A DNA stretch of 64,000 nucleotides from Vulcanimicrobiota bacterium (GTDB lineage Bacteria; Vulcanimicrobiota; Vulcanimicrobiia; Vulcanimicrobiales; Vulcanimicrobiaceae): positions 5,096 through 69,095 of the forward strand of contig JAFAHZ010000024.1 of the NCBI GenBank assembly GCA_019236975.1. The letters run 5' to 3'. Within the stretch, counting starts at the first letter, position 1. Every line of letters starts with the position of its first letter. Positions 36,728-45,501 of this stretch are shown one piece after another. The notes under the pieces were generated by a model, which was not told where the DNA came from, did not search any database, and was given only the letters and a program-made list of their open reading frames with translations. Both the position numbers and the translations under genes were made by a program.

Positions 36728-37981
36728 ATGCACCTCGACCGTCAATTCGGGTTCGCCACCCGCGCCATCCATGCAGGAACGCCTCCCGACCCTGCCACCG
36801 GCTCCCGCGCGGCACCGATCTACCAAACGGCGGCGTACGTCTTCGGATCAACCGAGCAGGCGGCGGAGCTTTTTGCGCTGCGCAGCTACGGTCACATCTA
36901 CAGCCGCATCAGCAATCCCACCGTCGCAGCGTTCGAAGAACGCGTCGCCAGCTTGGAGAATGGCCTCGGCGCCATCGCGTTCTCGAGCGGCATTGCCGCG
37001 CAGCTGTGCGCGGTGCTCGCCGTCGCGCAACACGGCGATCACTTGGTCTGCTCGCAAAACGTTTACGGCGGTACCGTCACGCAGTTCACCGTGACGCTCA
37101 AACGCATGGGCATCGATGCGACGTTCGTCCCGGCCGGCGATCTCGCCGCGGTTCGTGCGGCGATCGCGCCCAATACGAAGCTCCTCTTTGCCGAAACCGT
37201 CGCAAACCCGTCGGGAGAAGTCGCCGATATCGAGGCGCTCGCGGAGATCGCGCACACCGCCGGCGTGCCGCTCGCCATCGACAATACCTTTGCAACGCCC
37301 TATCTCTGCCGCCCCATCGACCGCGGCGCCGATCTCGTGCTGCACTCGGCAACCAAGTTCATCGGGGGCCACGGTGCGGTGATCGGCGGCGTGCTCGTCG
37401 AATCCGGACGCTTTCCATGGGATAACGGACGCTTTCCGCTGCTCTCGACACCGAGTCCGGCGTATCATCAGAAGACGTTTACGGAAACCTTCGGCGAGTA
37501 CGCGTTTCTCATGCGCGCGCGCGCCGAGGTGCTGCGCGACGTCGGTGCCCAACTCGGTCCGATGGATGCGTGGCTCTTGCTGCTCGGATTGGAAACGCTC
37601 GCCGTCCGCATGGAGCGTCACGTCGCCAACACGCGTGAAATCGTCGCTTTCCTCAAATCGCGGGCGGAAGTCGCTTGGGTCAACGAGCCGCAGCTCGGAT
37701 CCATTTTTACGTTCGGTTTACGCGGCGGGCGCGACGCGGCGCGCCGTTTCATCGACGCGCTCGAACTCTGGAGCCACCTCGCCAACGTCGGCGACACCAA
37801 GAGTCTCGTCATCGCTCCTGCGTCGACGACGCATTCGCAGCTCTCGGACGACGAGTTGCGAAAAGCGGGCGTCCCTCCGGAATCCATTCGGCTCTCCGTC
37901 GGCCTAGAAGATGCTGCCGACTTGACGTGGGACCTCGAACGCGCGCTCGTCGCATCGATCGTGCCGGAGAGCGTGCGTTGA
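36728..37981 (+). CDS. metY: O-acetylhomoserine (thiol)-lyase / sulfhydrylase, PLP-dependent Cys/Met-metabolism family
   Basis: From [39 protein letters not shown]..., with SRISNPT and the PLP-lysine region [14 protein letters not shown]. The track ORF N-terminus (36512-36727) is antisense to leuC and is rejected. Confidence 0.9.
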   Translation: MHLDRQFGFATRAIHAGTPPDPATGSRAAPIYQTAAYVFGSTEQAAELFALRSYGHIYSRISNPTVAAFEERVASLENGLGAIAFSSGIAAQLCAVLAVAQHGDHLVCSQNVYGGTVTQFTVTLKRMGIDATFVPAGDLAAVRAAIAPNTKLLFAETVANPSGEVADIEALAEIAHTAGVPLAIDNTFATPYLCRPIDRGADLVLHSATKFIGGHGAVIGGVLVESGRFPWDNGRFPLLSTPSPAYHQKTFTETFGEYAFLMRARAEVLRDVGAQLGPMDAWLLLLGLETLAVRMERHVANTREIVAFLKSRAEVAWVNEPQLGSIFTFGLRGGRDAARRFIDALELWSHLANVGDTKSLVIAPASTTHSQLSDDELRKAGVPPESIRLSVGLEDAADLTWDLERALVASIVPESVR

Positions 37982-38460
37982 TTCTGCGGACACCGGCCGA
38001 ACGCCGTGCGCTGCTGGATCGTCTGACGAGCGTTGCCGTCGTCGGCGCTTCCAACAATCCGCTGCGCCCCAGCTATACGGTCTTCTCGTACTTGCGGACG
38101 CGGACGCCCTATCGCGTCGCGCCGGTCAATCCGACGATCGAAGCGATCGACGGCGTAAAAGCGTATCCGTCGGTAAGCGCGTACGCCCGCGAAAACGGCG
38201 CGCCCGACGTCGTCGACGTCTTCCGTAAACCCAGCGACCTCGTCGCCGTCGTGGACGACGCGATTGCGGCCGGCGCGCGCGCGATCTGGTTTCAGTACGG
38301 CGTGATCAACGAAGAGGCCATTGCCAAGGCCGATGCGGCCGGGCTCGACGTCGTCGTCGACCGTTGTATGAAAGTGGAGCACGCGCGGTTTACCGGCGGC
38401 TTATCCGCGACCGGCCTCAATAGCGGCGTTCTCACGTCGCGTCTGCGCGGCCGGCCGTGA
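37978..38460 (+). CDS. CoA-binding domain protein (YccU/YneT-like, CoA_binding_2)
   Basis: The TTG at 37978 overlaps the metY stop (TTGA). The sequence reads SVAVVGASNNPLRPSYTVFSYL...VAPVNP...GVKAYPSV...PDVVDVFRKPSD...GARAIWFQYGVINEEA. Confidence 0.75.
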   Translation: MILRTPAERRALLDRLTSVAVVGASNNPLRPSYTVFSYLRTRTPYRVAPVNPTIEAIDGVKAYPSVSAYARENGAPDVVDVFRKPSDLVAVVDDAIAAGARAIWFQYGVINEEAIAKADAAGLDVVVDRCMKVEHARFTGGLSATGLNSGVLTSRLRGRP

Positions 38461-39560
38461 CCTACGCCGGCGAGTCCTTCCAACTCGACACCGAGATTCT
38501 CGCCGCGATCGATGCCTGGCATCGGAGTGGGAAGGCGATGGCCGACGGCGACTTCGACGATCTTGCGTTACGGATATTCGCTTACCAGCTGCGCTACAAC
38601 CGTCCGTACGCGCGGTACTGCGCCGGCTTTGGGATCTCGCTCGACGCGCTGCCGGCGACTTGGGATGCCATTGCGCCCGTACCGGCCGCCGGTTACAAAG
38701 AAGCGACGCTGACGACGTTCGATCCCGCCGGCGCGGCGCTTGCGTTCGAAACCAGCGGCACGACCGCCGGCTCCAGCGGGCGCCACTTCATGGAAACGCG
38801 CGCGCTGTACGATGCGGCGCTGCTCGCCGGCTTCGAGCGCAGCGTGCTCGCAGGGCGGAGTCGCCTCCGATATCTCAACGTGGTCCCTAATCCCTCCGAG
38901 CGTCCGCAATCGTCGCTCGGATACATGATGCAGCGCGTGAGCGCCACGTTTGGCGACGGCCAGACCGGATGGTACGTGCGCGGCGACGCGCTGCTGGTCG
39001 ACGCCTTCGTCGCAGACGCACGCGCCGCCATCGACGATGCCGCGCCTACGTGCCTCACCGCAACCGCATTCGCCCTTGCCGGGCTGCTCGACGAACTCGA
39101 ACGGCGCGCCCTCATGCTGCCGTTTCCCAATGGCAGCTGCATTGTGGAGACCGGAGGGTTTAAAGGGCGCGTGCGCACGGTCGAACGGCGCGAGCTGTAC
39201 GAACGCGCCGCGCGAGCCTTCGGCGTGCCGATTCGCGACATCGTTTCGGAATACGGTATGACCGAGCTGACGTCGCAGTACTACGACGCTCCCGACTCGC
39301 GAAGCGCCGTCGACGGCCGGCGAAAGCTCGGTCCGCCGTGGCTGCGTTCGCGCGTCGTCGGGCCCGACGGCAAGACGCTACCGGATGGAACCGTCGGCGC
39401 GTTAGTCCACGTCGATCTGGCGAATCGTTCGTCGTGCCTTGCCGTCGCTACCGAAGACCTGGGGGTTCGTTTCGACGACGGACTCGTGCTCATTGGGCGC
39501 GACGGCGGCGCGTCGCTGCGCGGCTGTTCGCTCGACGCCGAAACGCTGTTGCCGCGTTAA
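38457..39560 (+). CDS. LuxE-like acyl-protein synthetase / acyl-adenylate-forming enzyme
   Basis: The GTG start overlaps the upstream stop (GTGA). The N-terminal pattern FDDLALRIFAYQLRYNRPYARYCAGFGISLDALPATWDAIAPVPAAGYKE, followed by FETSGTTAGSSGRH, matches the LuxE family layout (PF04443-like) as I remember it. About 367 aa, a typical length. Confidence 0.68.
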   Translation: MTYAGESFQLDTEILAAIDAWHRSGKAMADGDFDDLALRIFAYQLRYNRPYARYCAGFGISLDALPATWDAIAPVPAAGYKEATLTTFDPAGAALAFETSGTTAGSSGRHFMETRALYDAALLAGFERSVLAGRSRLRYLNVVPNPSERPQSSLGYMMQRVSATFGDGQTGWYVRGDALLVDAFVADARAAIDDAAPTCLTATAFALAGLLDELERRALMLPFPNGSCIVETGGFKGRVRTVERRELYERAARAFGVPIRDIVSEYGMTELTSQYYDAPDSRSAVDGRRKLGPPWLRSRVVGPDGKTLPDGTVGALVHVDLANRSSCLAVATEDLGVRFDDGLVLIGRDGGASLRGCSLDAETLLPR

Positions 39561-40858
39561 CGCTTTCGCGCCGCCGGCGACGCGGAACTCGACGGCGACG
39601 GCGACGGGCTTCCGCTGGGCGTTGGTGACGGCGTCGGCGTTGGCGCCGGCGCCGGCCCGACGAACACGGCCGAGCCGCCGGCTGACGAGAGAATGGTCAC
39701 GTTCTTTCCGGCGGTTCCGGCGTGGAACGTCCGCGCGACCGCGTACCGCCCGAACGAATTCGTTCCCTGCGCGACGTTCCACGTGTTGTTGCCGAGCGCG
39801 CAGATGGACGCGCCGCTCTTGGTCACTTCGATCTCGACAACGGCGTTGCGGAAAGTGTTTCCGCCCTGCGAACCTTTGCCGCCGTAACCGAAGTCGACCG
39901 TGCACGCCTGCGATGACGACGAGGAACCGCTCGACGTCGGAGACGGTGACGGCGACGCGGACGGCGATGCGGTCGCGGAGTCGGCTCGCGGTGTAGGCGA
40001 CGGCGATGGCGACGCCGACGCCCCGAGCACGTCGGTGTATGCGTGTCCGGTCGTTTGGAACGTCTGCGACGACGCCATGATCGTGGCCGTTCCGTCGGTA
40101 CGGAAGCCGTCGGCGCCGTCCAGCACGCTATTTCCGGGTCCGCTCAACGAGATGTTCGGGGGCGAACTCGCACTCGCGATCGAAAACGCCGCGATTGCGA
40201 ATGCGGGGCCTCCGATCGAGCAGCCGGTGCACGACAGCGAACCGCCGGGAACGACGACTCCGCCGGCTCCGGAACCTCGCACGAACGCTCCGAAGGTGTT
40301 CTGATTCGCCGTAATCGAGCCGAGCGCGTCCACCGCCGCAAACGTTCCCGTCGTTACCGGCGTGCGCGTTCCGACGTAAAGCTGATCCAGCGTGGCTTGC
40401 ACGCCTTGCTGGACGACGAGCGTCGCGTAGTACGAATGCGGCGGCGCCTTCAATTGTTTTTCGAGAGTCGTATCTTCGCCGCTTCCGTTGATGAAGACAC
40501 CCTTCCTGATCGACTGTCCGTAACCGCTTCCCGAAAGAACGACGCCCGGACTGGAAACGACGATCGGAAACGTCTCGCCACTGGACGTCGAGTAGACGCC
40601 GGGGTTCAATTGAATGGTCAAGCCGGCGGTTTTCACCACTTTCAGCGCGTGCGTAATCGTCTTGAACGGCGCCGTCTGGGTGCCCGGGTTGGTATCGCTG
40701 CCTTTGACCGGATCGACGTAGTAGATCGCGATCGGGGTAGGCGTCGTCACCGGCGGCATACCGTTGCCTCCACGCCGCGTGCAGGCCGTGCTGAGCACGA
40801 GCACGCCGAGCGCGACCGCGCCGACCGTGAGAAAGAGGTGCCGCGTGAGGCTAGGCAT
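39557..40858 (-). CDS. Secreted lipoprotein with a right-handed beta-helix (DUF1565/pectin-lyase-fold-like) domain and Ser/Pro-rich linkers
   Basis: The likely start is MPSLTRHLFLTVGAVALGVLVLSTAC| (lipobox) at 40858. Then IYYVDPVKGSDTNPGTQTAPFKTITHALKVV (typical DUF1565 N-terminus), followed by SPSPSPTP and PTPTPSPTPSGSPSPSPSSS linkers. The stop overlaps the luxE-like stop (TTAA). Confidence 0.65.
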   Translation of the reverse strand: MPSLTRHLFLTVGAVALGVLVLSTACTRRGGNGMPPVTTPTPIAIYYVDPVKGSDTNPGTQTAPFKTITHALKVVKTAGLTIQLNPGVYSTSSGETFPIVVSSPGVVLSGSGYGQSIRKGVFINGSGEDTTLEKQLKAPPHSYYATLVVQQGVQATLDQLYVGTRTPVTTGTFAAVDALGSITANQNTFGAFVRGSGAGGVVVPGGSLSCTGCSIGGPAFAIAAFSIASASSPPNISLSGPGNSVLDGADGFRTDGTATIMASSQTFQTTGHAYTDVLGASASPSPSPTPRADSATASPSASPSPSPTSSGSSSSSQACTVDFGYGGKGSQGGNTFRNAVVEIEVTKSGASICALGNNTWNVAQGTNSFGRYAVARTFHAGTAGKNVTILSSAGGSAVFVGPAPAPTPTPSPTPSGSPSPSPSSSASPAARKR

Positions 40859-40922
40859 GGTCGCGGGCTTTAGGCGTCCCTGCCTTGGGAACCTCGGCAC
40901 CGAAGAAAGAACGAGATGAGAG

Positions 40923-42140
40923 ATGAGTCTCTCCGACAGGCCCGCGCGCACCATTCTGCGCGCCGTCAGCGATGCCGCGGCACGATGGACCGACGGGGAC
41001 TTTCCACCTCGCGTGCGGGCGCTCGACCGCGTCGTGCAACGCACCGGCTATTGCGAGCCGGCCGTGGAGTACGCGTTCGACGCTTTGTTCGCATCGCTGA
41101 ATGCCGCCGACCTCGAACGCGCGATCGCGCGCGAGCTCGGCGACGTTGCAGCGCTCGACGGATTCGTCATTCGCGGACGAAACCGCGAGCGCGCGCTTCC
41201 CGCCGGTCGCGTCTGCATCGTTTCGAGCCGTACGACCGTCGGCGTTGCGATCGTTCCGGCCGTCTTCGCCTTGCTCGCCAAATGCGACGTTCTCGTGAAA
41301 GACCGCGAGGACGCATTGGTTTCGGCGTTCTTCGCGACGCTCGGCGAGGAGCTGCACGATTTTCGCAACGCCGCAATAGCGCAAACGTGGGACGGCGCGG
41401 GCCGCGACCTTTCCGAATTCGACGTCGTGGCTGCGTTCGGCGACGACGAAACGCTCGCGTCGATCGCGCGCGGTCTCAATTGGAAAACGCGCTTCATCGG
41501 ATACGGCGCCAAAGCGAGCGCCGGTTACGTGGGGTGTGAATCGCTGGCGACGCGCCGCGATGCCGAGCGCGTCGCCGAAGGCGTCGCTCGCGATCTCGCG
41601 CTCTTCGAAACGGAAGGCTGCTTGAGTTTGCACGCGCTGTTCGTGGAAGCCGGCGGCGAAGTCCCACCCGGCGAGTTTGCCGAGATCCTCGCGCGCGCAG
41701 TGCGGCGCGCTGCCATCGAATTTCCACCGGCACGACCCGATGCAGCGATCGCCGCCCGCGTTGCTGCGGCGCGAGACGGTGCCTCGTTTCGCGCTTCCCA
41801 AGGGGGCTTCGCCGTGCATTCCGACGCGGAGGCTTCGTATCTCGTCGAATGCGACGCGTCCGCCGAACGGCCGCCGGATTTCTTACCGCGCGCGATTCGC
41901 CTTCAGGTCGTTGACGGTCCCGAGGCCGCAGCCGCGTATCTGCGCCGCCATCGCGTGCCGCTCGAGGCGCTCGCACTCGACGGCGTTCGCGACGACCTCA
42001 CGCGGTTCGCCGTTGGAGCGGGAGCTTCGCGCATCGCATCGTTCGGCGCGTTGCAAACGCCGGGCGCCGGAAGCCGGCACGGCGGCCGCCCGCGCATCGC
42101 CGAGTTCGTTCGCTGGGTGAGCGACGAGCGAGACGCTTAG
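40923..42140 (+). CDS. LuxC-like acyl-CoA (acyl-protein) reductase, aldehyde-forming
   Basis: 405 aa of ALDH-like fold with a candidate catalytic Cys in FETEGCLSLHALFVE. It is paired with a LuxE-like gene, the canonical LuxC/LuxE association. Family recognition is from memory only. Confidence 0.62.
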   Translation: MSLSDRPARTILRAVSDAAARWTDGDFPPRVRALDRVVQRTGYCEPAVEYAFDALFASLNAADLERAIARELGDVAALDGFVIRGRNRERALPAGRVCIVSSRTTVGVAIVPAVFALLAKCDVLVKDREDALVSAFFATLGEELHDFRNAAIAQTWDGAGRDLSEFDVVAAFGDDETLASIARGLNWKTRFIGYGAKASAGYVGCESLATRRDAERVAEGVARDLALFETEGCLSLHALFVEAGGEVPPGEFAEILARAVRRAAIEFPPARPDAAIAARVAAARDGASFRASQGGFAVHSDAEASYLVECDASAERPPDFLPRAIRLQVVDGPEAAAAYLRRHRVPLEALALDGVRDDLTRFAVGAGASRIASFGALQTPGAGSRHGGRPRIAEFVRWVSDERDA

Positions 42141-42142
42141 CG

Positions 42143-43438
42143 TTGGAAGAACTCGAACGCATCGTTACGGCCGTCCCCGGGCCGCGCAGCCGCGAGTTGG
42201 CTAGCGCGCTGCGCGCGCACGAGTCGCGCAATGTCACCTATCTGGGGGACGATTTCCCCGTCTTTTGGGAATCGGCGTCGGGCGCGCTCGTCCGCGACGT
42301 CGACGAAAATCGATACCTCGATCTGAGTGCTGCCTTCGGCGTGGCCAACGCGGGGCATGGCAACCCGTACGTCGTTACCGCTATCGCCCGCCAAGCGGAA
42401 CGGCTCGCGCACGGTATGGGCGACGTGCATCCGACCGAGACGCGCGTTCGCCTCTTGGAAAAGCTCGGCGACATTCTGCCCGAAGGGCTCGACAAGTTCT
42501 TTCTCGCGACGACCGGCTCGGAAGCCGTCGAAGCCGCGCTCAAAACGGCGATGCTCGCTACCGGCAAGGCGCGGTTTGCCGCATATCGCGGTGCCTATCA
42601 CGGATTGTCGCTCGGCGCGCTGACCGTGAGCGGCATCGATACGTTCGTCGACCCCTTCTGCAAGGTGCTGGGCGAACGCGCGATTCTTCTCGAGTATCCG
42701 CATGCGCTTGCGGGAACGACTGCCGAGGCCGCCATCGCTTCCGCGCGTGCAGAGCTCGCACTCCGGGACGACGTCGCAGCCATCCTCATCGAGCCGATTC
42801 AAGGGCGCGGCGGCTGTATCGTTCCGCCGGCCGGCTATCTCGCCGCGGTGCGCGCGCTGTGCGACGAGCGCGGGATGCTGATGATCGTCGACGAGATCTT
42901 CACCGGCTTCGGCCGTACCGGAACGCGCTTTGCGGTCGAGCACGATCGCATCGTGCCGGACATCCTCTGCATCGGCAAAGCGATGGGAAACGGTTTTCCC
43001 ATCAGTGCGGTTGCCGCACGCGCGTCCGTCATGGACGCGTGGCCGATGTCGACTGGCGAAGCGTTACACACGTCGACGTACCTCGGCAATCCTATGGGTT
43101 GCGCTGCGGCGCTGGCCACGATTCACGAACACGAACGGCTCGCGCTGCCGGAGCGCGCTCGCCGCATGGGATTGTCGCTCGGCTCGCGACTCGATGGGAT
43201 GCGCGCGCTGCGCAACGTCGCCGGCGTGCGAGGCCGCGGAATGCTCTGGGGCATCGTTATGCGCGACGGTGCGGTTGCGGAGTCGGTGGTGAAGCGCGCG
43301 CTGGCGACCGGCCTCATCGTGCTTGCCGCGGGACCGTCGGGCGACACAATTTCACTTTCTCCGCCGCTGACGATCGGCGAGGGGCAACTGAGCCGCGCCA
43401 TCGATCTCTTGGAGGCGGCAGTCAGAAGCGTCGAGTAA
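42143..43438 (+). CDS. Class-III (omega) aminotransferase, ArgD/GabT-like
   Basis: Reads NAGHGNPYVVTAI..., TTGSEAVEAALK, IVDEIFTGFGRTGTRFA, with the PLP lysine in LCIGKAMGNGFPISAV. The TTG start lies 2 nt after the luxC-like stop. Confidence 0.87.
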   Translation: MEELERIVTAVPGPRSRELASALRAHESRNVTYLGDDFPVFWESASGALVRDVDENRYLDLSAAFGVANAGHGNPYVVTAIARQAERLAHGMGDVHPTETRVRLLEKLGDILPEGLDKFFLATTGSEAVEAALKTAMLATGKARFAAYRGAYHGLSLGALTVSGIDTFVDPFCKVLGERAILLEYPHALAGTTAEAAIASARAELALRDDVAAILIEPIQGRGGCIVPPAGYLAAVRALCDERGMLMIVDEIFTGFGRTGTRFAVEHDRIVPDILCIGKAMGNGFPISAVAARASVMDAWPMSTGEALHTSTYLGNPMGCAAALATIHEHERLALPERARRMGLSLGSRLDGMRALRNVAGVRGRGMLWGIVMRDGAVAESVVKRALATGLIVLAAGPSGDTISLSPPLTIGEGQLSRAIDLLEAAVRSVE

Positions 43439-43447
43439 CCGTCGGCT

Positions 43448-44476
43448 GTGAAAGTGTATCGTATCGGTATCTCGGGCGCCGGCTTCGGGGTGCACGCGCA
43501 TCTGCCGGCGCTGCTCGCGCATCCCCGCTTCGACGTCGTCGCGCTGGCGTCGCCGCACACTGCGCCGCGCCTCGCCAAAGAGCGCAAGATTCCGCACGCG
43601 TTTGCTTCCTGCGCCGAAATGCTGAAGGGCTGCGACCTCGATGCGGTAACGGTGGCATCGCCGCCGTTCGCACACCGTGACGACCTGCTGGCCTGCCTCT
43701 CGGCGGGCAAGCACGTCCTCTGCGAAAAGCCCTTTGCGACCAGCGTTGCCGACGCACAAACGATGCACTCCGCTGCGGTAGCAGCCGGGACCGCGTGCGG
43801 CGTCGCGCACGAGTTCCGATTCGTCCCCCAAGCGCAAGCGCTGAAGGAACTCGTCGTTCACCATCACCTCGATCCGCTGCGCGACGTCGAAATCACGTCG
43901 CTGCGTCCGTTTTTGCATCGGCAAAACAAGCGCTCGCGCGGCTGGTGGTTCGAGCGCGATCGCGGCGGCGGCATCGCCGGCGCCATGTTGTCGCATCTCG
44001 TCGATCACGCAAACTGGCTGGCCGCCCGCGCTCCCGAGCGGAGCGTCGGCTTTACGCGCGTGGCAAATCCAATACGCACGGACGATGCGGGCGAGTTTCG
44101 TTCGACGGTCGACGACGGTGCCTTCGCGCTGCTCGATTACGGAGACGGGCTCGTCGCGCGCCTGGCAGTCGAGGGAACGACCGCAGCCGAGGGCTATACC
44201 TGTGCGGTGCACGGGGAGGATCGCAGCGCCGTGGCGAGCGGACCGAATATCACCGAGGTCGCACTCTTCACGGTCGACAAAGACGAAACGAGCGAGCTCG
44301 AGTGCACGCCCTTGCCGTACGCGAAGTTCGCCAGTATTAACGCCAACGTACCGTTATTGATGGAACTCTACGACGAGTTCGCCCGGGCCATCGAAGGAAA
44401 ACCCAACGCGCTGCCGACGTTCGACCAGGCCGTAGCCACGCAACGCGTCCTCGCGAGCGTGGGCTACGGAACCTAG
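43448..44476 (+). CDS. Gfo/Idh/MocA-family NAD(P)-dependent oxidoreductase
   Basis: Rossmann N-terminus YRIGISGAGFGVHAHLPAL...VTVASPPFAHRDDLLACLSAGKHVLCEKPFA (EKP motif). GTG start. Confidence 0.82.
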   Translation: MKVYRIGISGAGFGVHAHLPALLAHPRFDVVALASPHTAPRLAKERKIPHAFASCAEMLKGCDLDAVTVASPPFAHRDDLLACLSAGKHVLCEKPFATSVADAQTMHSAAVAAGTACGVAHEFRFVPQAQALKELVVHHHLDPLRDVEITSLRPFLHRQNKRSRGWWFERDRGGGIAGAMLSHLVDHANWLAARAPERSVGFTRVANPIRTDDAGEFRSTVDDGAFALLDYGDGLVARLAVEGTTAAEGYTCAVHGEDRSAVASGPNITEVALFTVDKDETSELECTPLPYAKFASINANVPLLMELYDEFARAIEGKPNALPTFDQAVATQRVLASVGYGT

Positions 44477-44481
44477 CGCGT

Positions 44482-45501
44482 TCAAGCAAGAGGCGTGCGA
44501 CAGACGAACGCGTGCGCCTTCGCGTCGTACCACCACAGGCGGTCGTAGCGATCGATCCACGCGCCGCCGATCAATCCGGCCACGGTTCCGTACTGGCCCA
44601 GCGAATGCACGCCGGCGCGATCGATACGTACGACCGACGTCGAGTACGAATCGCCGTCGCGAGCGCCGACGAGGAGCGTAGCGTTATCCGGACCCGCCGT
44701 CAGAACGCGCATCGCGCACCCATCGAGGTCCCAGGTGCGCAAAATCTTCTTGGAGCCCAGGTCGATCGATACGGCGTGTTCGCCGGCAGTAGCCCACGTT
44801 CGATCCTCGTCGCGTCCGCGGACGTCGACCGGTACGCGCCATGGGCGGCCGGTGGCACGAAAGCACGCGTTGCTCGGAACGCTCACGACGACGGAGCGTT
44901 TGTTCCAGCGATTTTCGATTGCGACGAACGGCCGCGCAGCGTCCGCGACCACGAGATACTTCTTTCCGTGCGGACCTCCCGCGAGCGCGGCGGCAAAGGG
45001 ATCGATGCCGTTGGGCACTCGCTCGGCGTACCATTTCCACACGTCGAGCACCGCTATCTGATGGCGCTGCTGCTCGGCAAAAACCAGCCACCGGTGATGG
45101 GCGTCGGCGATAACGCCCTCGGCCGGCGCGTACTGCGCGGGGAGCGCTAACGGATCGGTACGCAGCGTGCTGCCTACGCGCGTGAGGTGCGTACCGTCGC
45201 CGCCCAGGACGTAGACGGCGTTGGCGTACCAAAAGAGGCGCCCGTCGCGCGCGTCGGCGTCGCGCACGCTTTGCTTCGCCGACGGAGCTGACGCGCGCAC
45301 GATGCGGTCGCCGTCGACGTACCAGAGCGCACCGCTCGCGTCGACGACGTGCGAACCCGGCGCGGTCGACGTTTTAGCGACCGGAAACGTAAGGTCGATG
45401 TAGCGGTCCGGCTTCGCCGGCTGTCCCGCGTTCGAACACGCGCAGAGACTGCCGATCGCTGCGGCCGACGCTATGCAGGCGAGCGCTCTTTCCCAACGCA
45501 T
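44482..45501 (-). CDS. Lipoprotein, hypothetical (beta-rich)
   Basis: The likely start is MRWERALACIASAAAIGSLCAC|SNAG at 45501. The upstream part of the 484-aa track ORF is Arg/Gly-rich and overlaps cinA. I recognise no family. Confidence 0.5.
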   Translation of the reverse strand: MRWERALACIASAAAIGSLCACSNAGQPAKPDRYIDLTFPVAKTSTAPGSHVVDASGALWYVDGDRIVRASAPSAKQSVRDADARDGRLFWYANAVYVLGGDGTHLTRVGSTLRTDPLALPAQYAPAEGVIADAHHRWLVFAEQQRHQIAVLDVWKWYAERVPNGIDPFAAALAGGPHGKKYLVVADAARPFVAIENRWNKRSVVVSVPSNACFRATGRPWRVPVDVRGRDEDRTWATAGEHAVSIDLGSKKILRTWDLDGCAMRVLTAGPDNATLLVGARDGDSYSTSVVRIDRAGVHSLGQYGTVAGLIGGAWIDRYDRLWWYDAKAHAFVCRTPLA

